Positions 25,301-37,779 of a stretch of DNA of 64,000 bases are shown one piece after another (position 1 is the stretch's first letter; each line of letters opens with the position of its first letter). The DNA is from Selaginella moellendorffii (Eukaryota; Plantae; Lycopodiophyta). The notes beneath the pieces are model-generated. The model saw only the letters and a list, made by a program, of their open reading frames with translations. It did not search any database and was not told the origin of the DNA. The position numbers and the translations under genes are program-made. Location: positions 1 to 64,000 of the forward strand of contig NW_003314338.1 of assembly GCF_000143415.4 (NCBI RefSeq). The letters are read 5' to 3'.

Positions 25301-27934
25301 TAGACACGAGGACTGAAAAGCGCACTGGTGGCGCATCGAAGAAGGACAAACAGAAAAGCAATAGGAAAAAAGGAGGTACAAATTATATTTGCAATGGCGT
25401 GTGGTCTCATGCCATTCCTTGCAGGAGAAACTTCTTCAAAGGCAAAACAGGCAAGCACCAGCCAAGCTCAAACTGACAGTGGTCATAAAAAGCGAAAGCA
25501 CGTTGGATAGTCGTCGAGATCAGAGGCGTTTGATTCGAAAAGGAAGAAGGGCAACGAAAAGATGATAGGTAATGCCTCGCGGTTATGGTGTGTGTGCTCA
25601 TGCCATTCATTGCAGATCAAGGGCTGAGTGAAAGCAGGCAGTCACCACCTCATGACTCAGATTCCTATGGCGGACTCCCCTTCCCCAATCTCAATGGAGA
25701 GGTACAATGGATGAGGGAAGCTTTTCAAGGCAGGGCCACGTTTTTCTCATCTCGTCGTCTTCGAAGGGTGCAAGAACGTGCAGAAACCATGTTAAGACAG
25801 TCGGGTGAGGATACGGTCCTAGGTCACGCACTAAAACAAGCTATGGATGTCTTGTATTTTGAGATGGAGACTCGGCCAGATGATTTTCCCAAGATGGTCC
25901 TGGAAGAACAAGCCATCCAGCCTGAGCAGCCTATGGAAGAAATGCAGGAGGGGGATGAGGAGCCAGAGAAAGATAATGAGCAAGAAGAGCAGAAGGACAA
26001 AGAGGAGGACAAAGAAGAGGAGGACAAAGAAGAGGAGGACGAAGAGGACTTGGATGGTCCTCACAATGGTGACGATCACAATAACGACGACGACGATGAT
26101 GACGACGATGGCCAGCCTGAGGTGGCCAAAGAGCGGCGGAGGAAGGTCATACAAGACAAACCATCAGGTAAATAATAATACATCCATTCCTAACCTTTTA
26201 CCATTTCTAACATTGTCCATGTAGGTCGCAGAGCAAATGGTAAGTAGAGATTATTCAGTTGAATTTACAAACTCTAGCCTTTAGTGTCGAGGAAGGATAG
26301 TGCCAAGCAAGGGTCGAAACGTATGTCCAATCCTTCAGAATCAGCAGTGCGCTCAAGTGATATCGGTCCTAGTTCCTCAATAGCAGTTGATGGTAAATAC
26401 AGTATAGTCGATTCAATGTGCTAATGAGTTTGTTTTTAGTAGCACGGGAGGATACCATCTCAATCGAAGGGAGATATTTGGACATGCATATGGATCCGCC
26501 AGTGGACTCTACTTGGCTGCAAGAGTCATCAGAGCTGGTGGAGGCTACTATCCATATCAACGCCAAGCAAGCTGACCACGCTCCACTTGATGCTGCCCAT
26601 ACCACTGAGTCAATCTTGTCCACGTATCCAACTGACGGTGACCAGGCGCCATTGGACCCACATGAGGCCGCCCCAGCCGCCGAGCCGGTCGTATCCTCAT
26701 TTCCAATGGACTCAACGTGTGCCCAATCGTCTGACTACGCGCCGTTGGAACCTCCCTACACCGCCCCTGCTGCTTGTTCGGTCATGTCCACTTTGCCAAC
26801 GGAGGCACCAGCTGAAATGGCGTGTGATCACACGCCATCGGAACCACCCCATGCCACTGTTGAGCCAGTTGTACCAGAGTCTACAGCTGAAATGGCATGT
26901 GCCCACACGCCATCGGATGCGATTGACCCCACATTGCAGAGGAGAGTATTTCCGCCCTTCACGTTTCCTCGACCAAAACCCTCTCAACGACCATCGGGAG
27001 CAACATTCGCTAATATTGTAGATGGTAAAATTGACTTGTACCATTTTTTATGCTGACGCATTTCATTTCAGAGTCACGGCGAAGGTACTGTATCGTTTTT
27101 GATCTGAACGGTGTCCTTTTCTCCCATGAGCGTGGCTCGTCCTCGAATGTCATTGCACCCTCCAAAGCCTGCGGTCGCAAGTTGGTCAAAAGAGACAGAT
27201 TCACATTAATCACACGGGAGAAACTGCGGGATCTAATAATGACCATGCGACACTTAAAACAGAGGGCCGGGTTCAATTTGCAATTGGGAGTTTGGACATC
27301 CATGATGCGCCACAATGCATTAACGTTGCTACAGATGATGCACGATCAGACGCGAGTAATATTACCATTTGACTTTCTCCTAACGCAGGAGGATTGCTTG
27401 ACTATGGTCCATGTGAGGGGTAGCAAGCCCATCTTCGTCAAGCCAGAGGCTGTAGTGATGAACCGGACTGCTAGCTCAAGTGAAATCCTCATCATCGATG
27501 ACTCGCCGATTAAAACTGCAGCGAACACGCACACATATGCAGTGCACCCCATCTCTTGCAGTATGGAAACTAGGGAGAAGAAACCGTATGTTCTGGGGGA
27601 CCTTGCAAAATGGCTTGGAGCGATGGTGATAGAGAACCGGCCAGTCCAGGAGGTGGTTGCAGAAATCAACCAAATGGCAGATGGAACGGTATATCAGAAG
27701 CCATTTGATCGGACAGACACCAGTCATCATTTATGGCATGTATATTGTCTAGCCAAGCACTATCCGCATCTCCATAATCTGCTCAACCGGATGGGTTCTT
27801 CGACCACTGAACATGAGCGTGGACGTATTAGAGAAGAGATGGCATTACTATTGGGTTTAAATCCTGATAGTGTGGAGAGTGATGAAATTCCAAGATTATT
27901 GTATAGGCGTTGGAGGCAAAAAATAACAGTCTGA
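22312..27934 (+). CDS. Multi-exon transposon cargo gene (or two genes): ParB/Srx-like domain, degenerate amino-MTase-like region, acidic tract, C-terminal FCP1/SCP-like HAD domain
   Basis: ATG|GT at 22312/22315 and an acceptor at 22553 are in frame with the 864-aa ORF. An in-frame 54-nt intron lies at 23733-23786, and further short GT-AG introns occur from ~25110 onward. Motifs: NHRLVSDEWVEKLK..FYAVSGQHS; VVEYNCGGLFFRAALLKG; IVFDLNGVLF..ILIIDDSPIK. Confidence 0.65.
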
Positions 27935-28705
27935 GATGGCATGTATTTATTTAAAAATGTAACTTATTATGGCATGGTGTTCCATGCAATTGTATTAATA
28001 TTAAAAGACAATTCTTTGAGAGGATTTGCATTATACTAGAAGTGTTACAGCATGTTATTGGAAGTCTACGAAGTTGTTTTATTAATAATGGGAAAGTAAA
28101 GATTGAATGGGGACTTGGGCTCCACCTAGACTCGGAGCAACTGAGCCAATATTAAAAGGATGGAAAGAAATTGGACGACGATGACAAGGAGAAGAGAGAG
28201 GTGAAGCAGTGGCAGGGGGAGGAGAAGTGATTGAGTAGACATTTCCTTGTTTAAAATAAAATGGCATGTGCCTCAATGCAGTTGAATTTTGTTATATTTA
28301 TATACTATATAAAGGTTTGGAAACCTTATTTTACAAGTGGGATAATGACAATTCCCACTTTAACGAAATAGAGCTTGCATGGCCTTAGCGTAACGGGCCG
28401 AGATGTCAGTGGTACCTTTGGGTGTCAGTCTTGGGTCCGGACACGAGGAGCACTTGGACCAGGTGCAAGTGTTGAGTGGCATGGATGCCATTCTTGGGGC
28501 TAGCAAGTCCCAAGTCCTGAATTGGACTGATGGAGGTTGTGAATGAGACTCCTCCAAGTGGTCGGAGGTGTGGTTAAGTGACTAAAGTAGAATGGAAAAT
28601 TAGTCACTTACATGGCCCCGGACATGTTGGGCCCCGGATATGTCCGGCCCCGGACATGTCCGGGCACCCGATATGTCGGGCCCCGGACATGTCCGAGCAC
28701 CCGAT

Positions 28706-31530
28706 GATGAGCTTCCCAACATAGCTTCCCAGACAAGTAGGTGTGTTCCTTCTGGACCAGTTTTTGAAGTGGTGAATAAGGCATTTCAGCAATCTAGATC
28801 ATTACGGTTGGAATTGAAGGAGTTCCAGTACATGAGAGGTGAGGAGCTTCCTTCTTCCTATAATGGGAATATATTCTTCGAGTTTCCACTAGCAAGTTCG
28901 TCAAGTAGGAAAAGGGGTATGGAAATGCGTCTTGATCCACATAATTGGTGCAGAGTAAAGACGACCCGCTTCTCTCATTTCGATGGATCTGTGTCCATAG
29001 TCCATTGTGGTGGACAGCTTCAGTGTGTCGCTGAGAAATGCATTTCTGATCATGGCAAGAATATGTGTTTCTTTGAAGGCTCAGCAATCAATCCCCCTAG
29101 GCGTGATGAAGTTGCTATAGGATTTAGATGTCGCAAATTCAAGGCAACACCTGTGTGTCAAGCATGTTGCGATGCAAAAATGTATTATTTTTTTCCACAA
29201 GATGGATGTTTAGGCAGAGCAGCAGTGCATGTTGGATACCATCAACACGCAATCAAGGAAGGAATCTGCCGTGATTCTTTTTGCAATTTGAAGACTGCTA
29301 TTACTACAAAGGCTAGGAAGAAAAGTGCAGCAACTCCAAAGTGTGTTCAACAGTCTATACTAAAGGACTATGTGGAAGACATGTTGCTACAATCTGATAG
29401 CAAAAAAGTGTTCACAGAGAATAGCTTGAAGGACCTACTTCGAAATATAGAACCTATGACAAATTTAAACAGGTATAAAATTAACACTTAACTCTACTTT
29501 ATCACTAATAACACTCTTTTTCTTGGTAGAATAAAGAACTGGATGCAAGAAGCTTCAATCTGGATTGGATGGGATTTTGGACCTAAAGAGAAAATGTCCC
29601 TATGAGTTTATTCATGGGAGCTTATTCGTTGGCCAAGTGACTTCGAACAATCAACGCCCTTTCATCTTTAAGATGTCTACCCTTGGTCTTGCTTCTGGTG
29701 TGGACCTTGTACAACGAATGGATATGGATGGAGATGGGGATTTGGTTAATTCCTACATCCATTTTGACCATATGGAATGAGTTTCAAGCTGGTCAACAAT
29801 GGGAGCTCATGTTTATGATCACAAGTAAGTGGCTTTTCATTTTTTAAGGATCCATACGAATTTACATTATAACCATTCCTTTTATAGGCTGTAGTGCAAT
29901 TTCACTATACCTATAGCTGAATTCAAGGTTCAAGATTTTCAAGCACAAACCGTCTTTTGGACATGTATGTCCGAGGTTGTTGAACAACAAACCGGGAAGA
30001 AACCCAACTTCCATGGTTTCATGGCAGATGCAGCTGGTGCTAGCTGGTTGGCTGTTCGACAAGTATTCGTAGGTGATAAAAGTCAGCCATTACAAGGTAG
30101 AGAGAAGAGTTGTGAGTTTCATTGGGCAAAGAGCGTCAATGAACATTGCCGATGCATCAAGTCTACCTTCCATCACGAGTTCAAGCAGCTTTGTCGGGAA
30201 TGGATGGATGCACCAACTAAAGAGGAGCACGAGGCAAAGGCAAATGAAATGCACATATGGTGGCGTGAAGGAGACAAAGTGCCAATTGAAAACCTTTCAC
30301 AAATGGAATGTTGGCTTGCATGGTGGGAAGTTCGAATGTTTCAGTGGGGTCATTATACTCTCCATATAAGCTTTCTCTCATTTTTTTTCTTGTCACATTC
30401 AAATGTTACATTTTTTGTAGGATCAACCACTTGATGATATTGCACTTACACCAACAATTAATCTCTCTGAGAGTAAACATTGGAGTTGGAGAGCTTCTGA
30501 AGTAGGGAAAGGAAAAGTGTCCCTCTATGAAGTTACACTCTCCGACCTCACTAGATCTCTTGAGCAGTCATCAAAAGCTTTGGCTGCATAGGAAGCAAGG
30601 TTTGCTGCTACAGGTCCGAACTTAGACAAGCTTCAAGAGCGGGTTGGTAGAAGGACAACACCAGCAGCAGGGTTAATGTCTAAGATGGTGGAGGAAGTGC
30701 TAGTTGTTACACAAGTAAGTCCAGTGCCAGAGGTTGAAAATGTTATTTCTCGTGAGCCAGTTTCTCGTATCAACTGGGCAATTCGAAGAGTCAGTGCCAA
30801 GAGCAATGCACGTTGCTCTGGAATGATTGGGAGTCGAGGTCAGTGTCTCGCTTTTGTGTGCTCAGGTTCAATTTCTTCAGCAGTGCCATGTTTCTGGGGC
30901 TGTCGAGATCTAGGAGTGAAGGGCTGCTAGTCAAGCTGGATTTACTGTTGTGGGACTGATGTTACTCATACAAGCCGGATCCACAGCTCAATTATTTTGA
31001 AGCCAGATTCTGTGCCAGAGGAGTGGCCAGTTGAGTGAAGCTGCAATCTTTTGAAAGAAGAGATTGAAAGTCTGGAGAGAGCAAGTTTCAAGCTAAAGAC
31101 TTCCTCAAATGTTGCTGTTAGTACTGCTATGCCACCAATATCAACACTAGACCAGCATACACAACCAGCTAGGAATGGGAAGGCTGTACAATACAGGTCT
31201 TCCATTTCAAAAGGTGCACAAGAGAAGATCAAGTTGGCAAAAGAGCTAAAGTGCACAATCACAAAGACAAACTACATCAGTGCTATGGCTAAGGAGTTTA
31301 TTATTCTGACTCAGTCATCAAAGGGTACGAGTTACACTGTTAAAATCTGCGAAAATCCATCCTGTACCTGTCCAGATTTTACACAACGGGAGAACAGGGG
31401 AAAGGTATATTTAGCCTGCAAGCACATCTATTACATTTTTATGCAAGAACTAAACCAAGATCCTAAGATCGACCATCACATCCACCAGGCAAGCCTTACA
31501 GTTGCGGAGCTTGAGAAATTACTTTTAGTG
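28706..31530 (+). pseudogene. Mutator-like (MULE) transposase pseudogene with GCM/WRKY-like Zn finger and SWIM domain; 5' end abuts the IGS array
   Basis: Motifs FHGFMADAAGASWLAVRQVF, CEFHWAKSV (CxxH), YTVKICENPSCTCPDF..ACKHIYYI (SWIM) and RAAVHVGYHQH. In-frame stops at ~29778, 30588, 30928 and 31036. Confidence 0.8.
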
Positions 31531-33448
31531 TTTAGATCTATATTTATATTTGTATTTTATTGGTCGAATTTACTTGGAAATATAGATCAAATTAAAATTT
31601 GAAAAATGGAAAGATGTTGGTTCGGGACGAACCAATGTTTTTCTTGTGTTTGAGAAGCCGTGAGCTCAGCTCGTGAGCTCATGAGCTCAAAACCTACCCA
31701 GGCTCAGTTGATGGTACTTTCTTAACCACAAAATATGACAAGCGCCGATCACTTCCATTCAAAGTCTCGCTGTACATTCATCGAGATTCAAACCGGCCCA
31801 TTGCAAACTCATCCAAAGTAATCCTGGGGCAAGTCTTTGCGCTTTTCTATCTGATTAATACTGCCAGTGGTATCGTCCTTGAGATTGATAATCTCGTTGA
31901 ATGCTTCATGGAAAAAGGATTCCATTGCTATGCATTGAGACGACTCATCCTTAGTGGTCTGGATCGTATCATTCTCACTAGCCCCCTGACACCAGTGCAA
32001 GCAGTCTTGGAAATTCTCTTTGACATCTGGAGAGAACCGGCCAATAGGCCACCACAGCTCGACGACTCAGCAAACTCAAGCTGAGCACCAGGAACTCTGT
32101 CTTCTAGACAGGACTATCCATCACTTTAGCATCATATCGAAATATTATAGATTCGATATTTATGCCTTTTTGGACTGTGAACAACAAAAGAATTAGTTCC
32201 CCAAAACTTACCATACAGTCCTTGGTTATGCGCTGAACTAAAATATGTAAGCGCACCTTTGACTACAACTGTGTTTTGATTGGTAAATCTAAAAAACCAA
32301 CACAAGTTGCTGTTCTCTCATTCTGAGACAGATCCCATGCCTTAATCACAGGAAGGTCTTCCTTAAAAAGAATTTTTAAGGAAACCTTACTTACAGAAAA
32401 CTCATTTTTTTCCCATGAATAAACTAATGGGATACATGAGTAGACGTGGCATGGTAAAAAACAAAACCTTGGATTCCACACAGAATCTCGTGCGAAGAAA
32501 CACGCTGTACGGATAGGCAAACCTAATTACAAGCTATAGCTATTCAGCTTCATGGCTGCAGGCGCTGGATTTTCTCACACCAAAAGGTATGAAGCGACGG
32601 GAAAAACCCTAACGTTAGAGTTTCTCGCTTGCATCCGCCGCCATCACATTCTCCAGGAGCGCATCCACAAGCAGAGCAAGCTTGGGCCGTTGCAAGGCTG
32701 TGCGCTAGCACAACCATGCACACTTCTCGCCCACTCCAGGATCAACAGCCGCTTCGTTGCGCACCACAAGAATGAGCAGCACCAACGAAGTGTTTGTTTG
32801 GGGATAGCTCAAAACAAGCTTACACCCACCACTAAGGTCGCGAGGAATCTCACTACCGCATTCCTGGCCACGCAAAAATGGGTACAAACGATTCGTTTTT
32901 CTGCATTTTTTCACCCTTGGCCTGTAGGAATCTCTCTCGGCCAGAGCGCTGGAACTAAACACCACAGCGACACAAGCGGCTCTCACTGACTCTGCCCAGG
33001 TAGTGCTTGTACTCTTGACTGTTCCAGCTTCTAATCATCTGCTTAGAAAAATGACGGGATGACAGCAACTGGTCCAGACGGCAAGATCCAAGAGTCAACG
33101 GATAGCAATCAAGTTGAGCATGTTCCTTAGTTCTAATCTTTGGAAGTCACTTCGGATGTGCGGCCCGGGCATGTACCTGAGTACATTGGCTCACGAGCAT
33201 CAGTCGTGCAAATCTCAGTTCAGTTTTGAAACCTAGCTTCGTACTTTCACAAAATGAGAGATAGAGCTAGTGGAGATTGCATTACTAATCCTCGTCTTCC
33301 ATGATACAGGTACCCCTTGGACACCCAAACCGTAGGAGGTGACATAGGAATTGCTTAGGGAAGTTGTTTTGGTCGTGGTCGGTACCAGGTTACTAGGCGG
33401 ATGATCCTACACCTCGGACGAATGTACCGAAAACGGCCTAGTCGATCT

Positions 33449-33606
33449 GCTTAACCAAAAATGGCCCATTTGGAGCTCGCATTCATGGCCGGGGCTCAAC
33501 AGAGCAACCCCGGCTGCTTTACCTATTTAAAGTTTGAGAATAGGTTGAGGGTGTTTCACCCCCGATGCCTCTAATCATTCACTTTACCCGATAAAACTCA
33601 GCAAGA

Positions 33607-33638
<32 letters not shown>

Positions 33639-34174
33639 TACCAGCTACTAGATGGTTCGATTAGTCTTTCGCCCCTATACCCAAGTCTGACGAACGATTT
33701 GCACGTCAGTATCGCTACAAGCCTCCACCAGAGTTTCCTCTGTCTTCGCCCTGCTCAGGCATAGTTCACCATCTTTCGGGTCCCAGCAGGTATGCTAACA
33801 CTCAAACCCTTCTCAAAAGATCAAGGTCGGTCCGTGTTGCACCCAAAAGGGGATTAGTTTCCTTTCGCCTGTACGGGTTTAACACCCACAGATTTGCATA
33901 CATGTTAGACTCCTTGGTCCGTGTTTCAAGACGGGTTGGATGGAACGCCCAAGTTCCAGCATCTGGTGGGGCACCGGAGCACCCCGCCATTTTCAGAGGC
34001 AGCGGCGGCATTGGCAGGGAGCCAGAGGTTCACAAGCCGTTATCCTGCCGCGTCCTCCCATGCTGGACAGCCCCTTGCATTGCTTGGCAGACCAGCTCTC
34101 GCCGTTCCACACACAACCAAGTTGCGCATAAGGCATCCATTCGCTTCCCTCCCAGCAATTTCAAGCACTTTTTA

Positions 34175-34219
<45 letters not shown>

Positions 34220-34317
34220 GCGCTATCGGTCTCTCACCAGTATTTAGCCTTGGATGGAATTTACCACCCACTTAAGGCTGCATTCCCAAACAGCCCGACT
34301 CGCCAAAAGAGCCTCGT
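33449..34317 (-). pseudogene. 26S: Orphan 26S rRNA fragment
   Basis: Near-identical to 6790-7548, then continues into LSU sequence (TTTCCCTCGCGGTACTTG...) that is missing from the main unit. Confidence 0.93.
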
Positions 34318-35484
34318 CTGAGCAGCTGCTTCAAGAACTTCAAAAAAAATATACACAAACTAGTAAATAGCACATATTACAGCTACCATAACCTTAAATC
34401 TGTCTGTATAGCCCAGCTGTCTGGCAATTTTATAAAGTACTACAACAACTAAACTCCTGCAACAGTCCAATCTCAATAGTGTTATTATAAACAAGTATAA
34501 GCATGACAATGAAAATATCTTACAATCAGAAACTGCAGTTTTTACCCAAATTAGTTGAGAAACTGGTCTTTACATGTGTACTTAGTGTTATATATTGTAA
34601 AGCATTCCCCTTCTATAATCTTTTGAAAATTTAGAAGTACATGAAAGAAAGCTCAAAGCTAAAAGCAAGGAAATTTTGGGATAGCAGACTTGTGGCAGTT
34701 TGGCTTCATCTTTCTTGGCATTCAACTTCCACAGAAGAAGTTGAGAAGCAGCCAAAGTATTGAAACACATAGAGTCATAAACTTGAGCCTTTTTTAGCAA
34801 GATGCACAAACGCTTGAGCAATGTTTTCCAGATCACTAAGTAAAAAAGAGGTGTTTTAAGCTTGCTTGGAATTTCTTACAAACTTTTGCATACCGATATG
34901 TGTCCTTATATGCCTACAGACATATGATGTTCTTCTATTTGATTCAGCCAAACTAGCGAGCCTTTCTTTCTGTAACATCAAACATCTACAAAGGTTTGTG
35001 TTTTCACTCTTATAATTAATTACTGCAAGCTTTTTAGATTTCAACACATGATTTTGCAATCACTTGCTCAAGTATTCAGGTTCCGTCAGCTTCATTGGAA
35101 ATCGTGTTTTTCAAGTATCTGAGGTCGCTCTCCTTGCAGCAGGCAGCATTCCTCGCACAATCCTGTACACCAAAGCCTCGAATGTATAGAGGCCACTCAA
35201 TAAACTGATACCTGGTAAAAGAAGATCTCGTATCTGCTCATAGATTTGGAGAGCTAAATACAAAAAGAATGAAGGAGGACCAAAAGCGAGAAGACTTCCT
35301 CGTACCGTCTGTGAGAAAAGAAAACCTCAAAAAACAATGTGCCGAGTAACTAGCATTACCCCGAATGCAGCGGCACTCCAGCAATATCTTGCAAAATCCT
35401 CTCTCACAATTCATCGCAGACGCTCCCCAGAACGCTCACAAAATGTACAAAATACGCTGGCCTGTCCACGACGCAGAACGTCTA

Positions 35485-36600
35485 TTGTCTTCTTACCGCG
35501 AAGAGTCGCGGGTACTTGAGCTCCTCCTTGGCAGAGTTGTCAAGAACTTGAGTTGGCACGGGTTCGAAATCCTCCAGGATCTGAGGCTGGACCATCTGGG
35601 TGCCAATGATCTGCGTGCCAATGACAGTTGTAGAAGAACGTGATCCTGTCCGGTAAGACCCCCCGAGTGGAGCATCTTACAGACAAAATGCCTCGCAAAG
35701 GTAAATGCCGAAAAAGAGAAGTCCGTGCCAAAACATTTTGGTCTTTCATCTGATCGACGAAGTCAAGCGCCAGAGCCGTGGAGCCACACCAAAGATACAT
35801 CTGGATGACGATGTTTTCCAGCACCGAATCGTCAGGAGGAGCGATTCCCTCAAGACGAGACGCGATCTCTCCCGCCTCCATCTACTCCAGTAGCCGCTTC
35901 ATCTCCGTCCGGCGTTGACCTTTTTGATCCCAATTCTTCCAGGGACTTGACGATCGATCGATCGATCAAGCACAGAATGCGCGGCAAGGGCAAGACTGGC
36001 CATTCTTAGCAACTTGCATCCTGGGGTTTCTATTGTTCGTGTTGCGGGCAAGAAAATTGCGATCCCACAGCCGTTGATCGGCTGCTTGCCCTCCTTCCCC
36101 TTCAGATCAAGGGGATCAGATGCCAGGAACTAGCTAGGAGAATGAAAAGACAAAGATCCAAATCATCCGAATCGTGAAGGCAAGCATCTAAGGAGCGACC
36201 AAATACATGTCGAAGATCTAAATCCGGCCAAGCTGGGCAAGATTGCTGCTCTGCGAGACGTTTAGATGGCAGTAGGATCCCATAAACTTCAAGCTGTCAG
36301 GGCAACAAACCAAGCCATGGTCCACACGATTCTTGATTGACCTGAACATTCACATAATAGAAAACTCTTCCAACAGATTGATTTATATATTGACCATACA
36401 TCCGAAGCTTTCACAAAACGATTCTACTGGACAACCAACTCAACGACGAAGTCTTCTTACCGCGAAGAGTCGCGGGTACTTGAGCTCCTCCTTGGCGGAG
36501 TTGTCAAGAACTTGAGTTGGCACGGGTTCGAAATCCTCCAGGATCTGAGGTTGGACCATCTGGGTGCCAATGATCTGCGTGCCAATGATCTGGGTGCCAG
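35485..36600. repeat. ~140-bp direct duplication (35485-35625 / 36450-36590) with a 15-bp GTGCCAATGATCTG. minirepeat; fragments of an unidentified gene
   Basis: Direct sequence identity between the two segments. The product was not recognised. Confidence 0.6.
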
Positions 36601-37779
36601 TCTGCACTTCAAAGGCCGCAGCTGCCGCCTCGGTGGCTCGGGCCACTGCGTGAAGTGGAGTCGATGGGACTATCTCCACACTGGCAACCGGCTTGACAAC
36701 TTCATCTACAGGATCAGCCCCTTGATCAAGGTCCAAATCCGCGGTGCCTTCGACCACCTGACCAGCAGCAACGTCAAAATCCCCAGTGCCCTCAACAGCA
36801 GCAAGGCCCGGAGCTCCACCATCGTGGGCGTGAGATGATATCCACTCCTCGCAAATCCCCAACGCGGCCAGGATATCCTGCTCAAGAGCGGCAAGCCTTT
36901 GCGGCAAAATTCTATGGGATCCGACATGAACCCCCCTCTGCCTCTTGGGCTCCGCTTCGTCCCCTTCGACATCCTCCGGGAAGAGTTCTAGGTCCACCTT
37001 AAACAAGGCGTCGGTGCCTTGGGCCACCACACCCAGCGATCCCTCGGTGACCGCGTACCAAAACCCAGCTACCATAATCTACAACCGAGACAGAAAAAAG
37101 TGAGGGAGAAGCTCACGGTAGAGAGCAAGAAGTTACCATGATCGACTTGATCACGACCTCTCCATTCTCTGGAAAGTTCTGGACATGCGCCGCCTCAATC
37201 CTCCCTGTGAAAGATCAACCCACATTCAATCATCTCAACTTGTATACCTCTCAAATCGGCGATGGTGGTGTGCAAGGGCGCGATGATGAGCAACCGGGTG
37301 CCCAGCGTCGTCTCCACACAAGCACGGCACATCCGATCCTCGGCCATGCTCTCCCTAGAGCCCCACCTCCAACCTAAAGCTTTGAATCACATTCGGACAC
37401 GTGGCTATCTAAAAAATGTCCTAGCTTGTATTTAAGAAAGGCAACGTAACAATTATCGCGCTTTTAAAAGATTAGATCTGACAAGGCAAAGAATATCCAC
37501 CGAGAAAAAACGCTCAAAGAAACAGGTACAGATCTTTTGTTTCTTATTTTTTATCAACAGATCCAAAACCAAGAGCTTCGTTGTTCTAATTTGAAAGTCT
37601 TTTTAAATTCCACTATTTGTGACCTGGACTGCTCTATTCCATCTTAATTCTTCTAGTGAAACATTGGATTTCATCTCCTACGAGGGTCACCTCCAATTTG
37701 AGACAATGGCATTTCGATTGCATTTGCCAGACACGAATGAAGAACCAGGGACAAACCCCAAGAGCACTGCTTAGTAACA

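Larger units (their letters stand above)
16019..28376. mobile_element. 12.36-kb TIR DNA transposon, Sola-like
   Basis: Perfect 24-bp TIR AAGCTCTATTTCGTTAAAGTGGGA (16019-16042 / 28353-28376) and a 4-bp TSD GCAT. The host LTR resumes exactly across the insertion. Confidence 0.92.
12667..28612 (+). mobile_element. Family-A solo LTR in the IGS GC array, split by two nested insertions (pieces 12667-13530, 15328-16018, 28381-28612)
   Basis: Termini TGTGAGAC...CTTACA. Flanks CGGCC/TGGCC form a 5-bp TSD with one mismatch. The three pieces are colinear with intact LTR copies. Confidence 0.88.

Noticed and set aside
16245-28282. CRISPR-like interpretation of the palindromes or of the IGS repeats
   Set aside because: Spacing is irregular (tens to thousands of bp), copies are degenerate, IGS units have no unique spacers, no cas genes are present and the context is eukaryotic.
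31700-37400. Short ORFs, including 36440-37075 (211 aa) and 32552-32989
   Set aside because: No family was recognised, the strand is ambiguous and they are fragmentary; probably decayed gene pieces.
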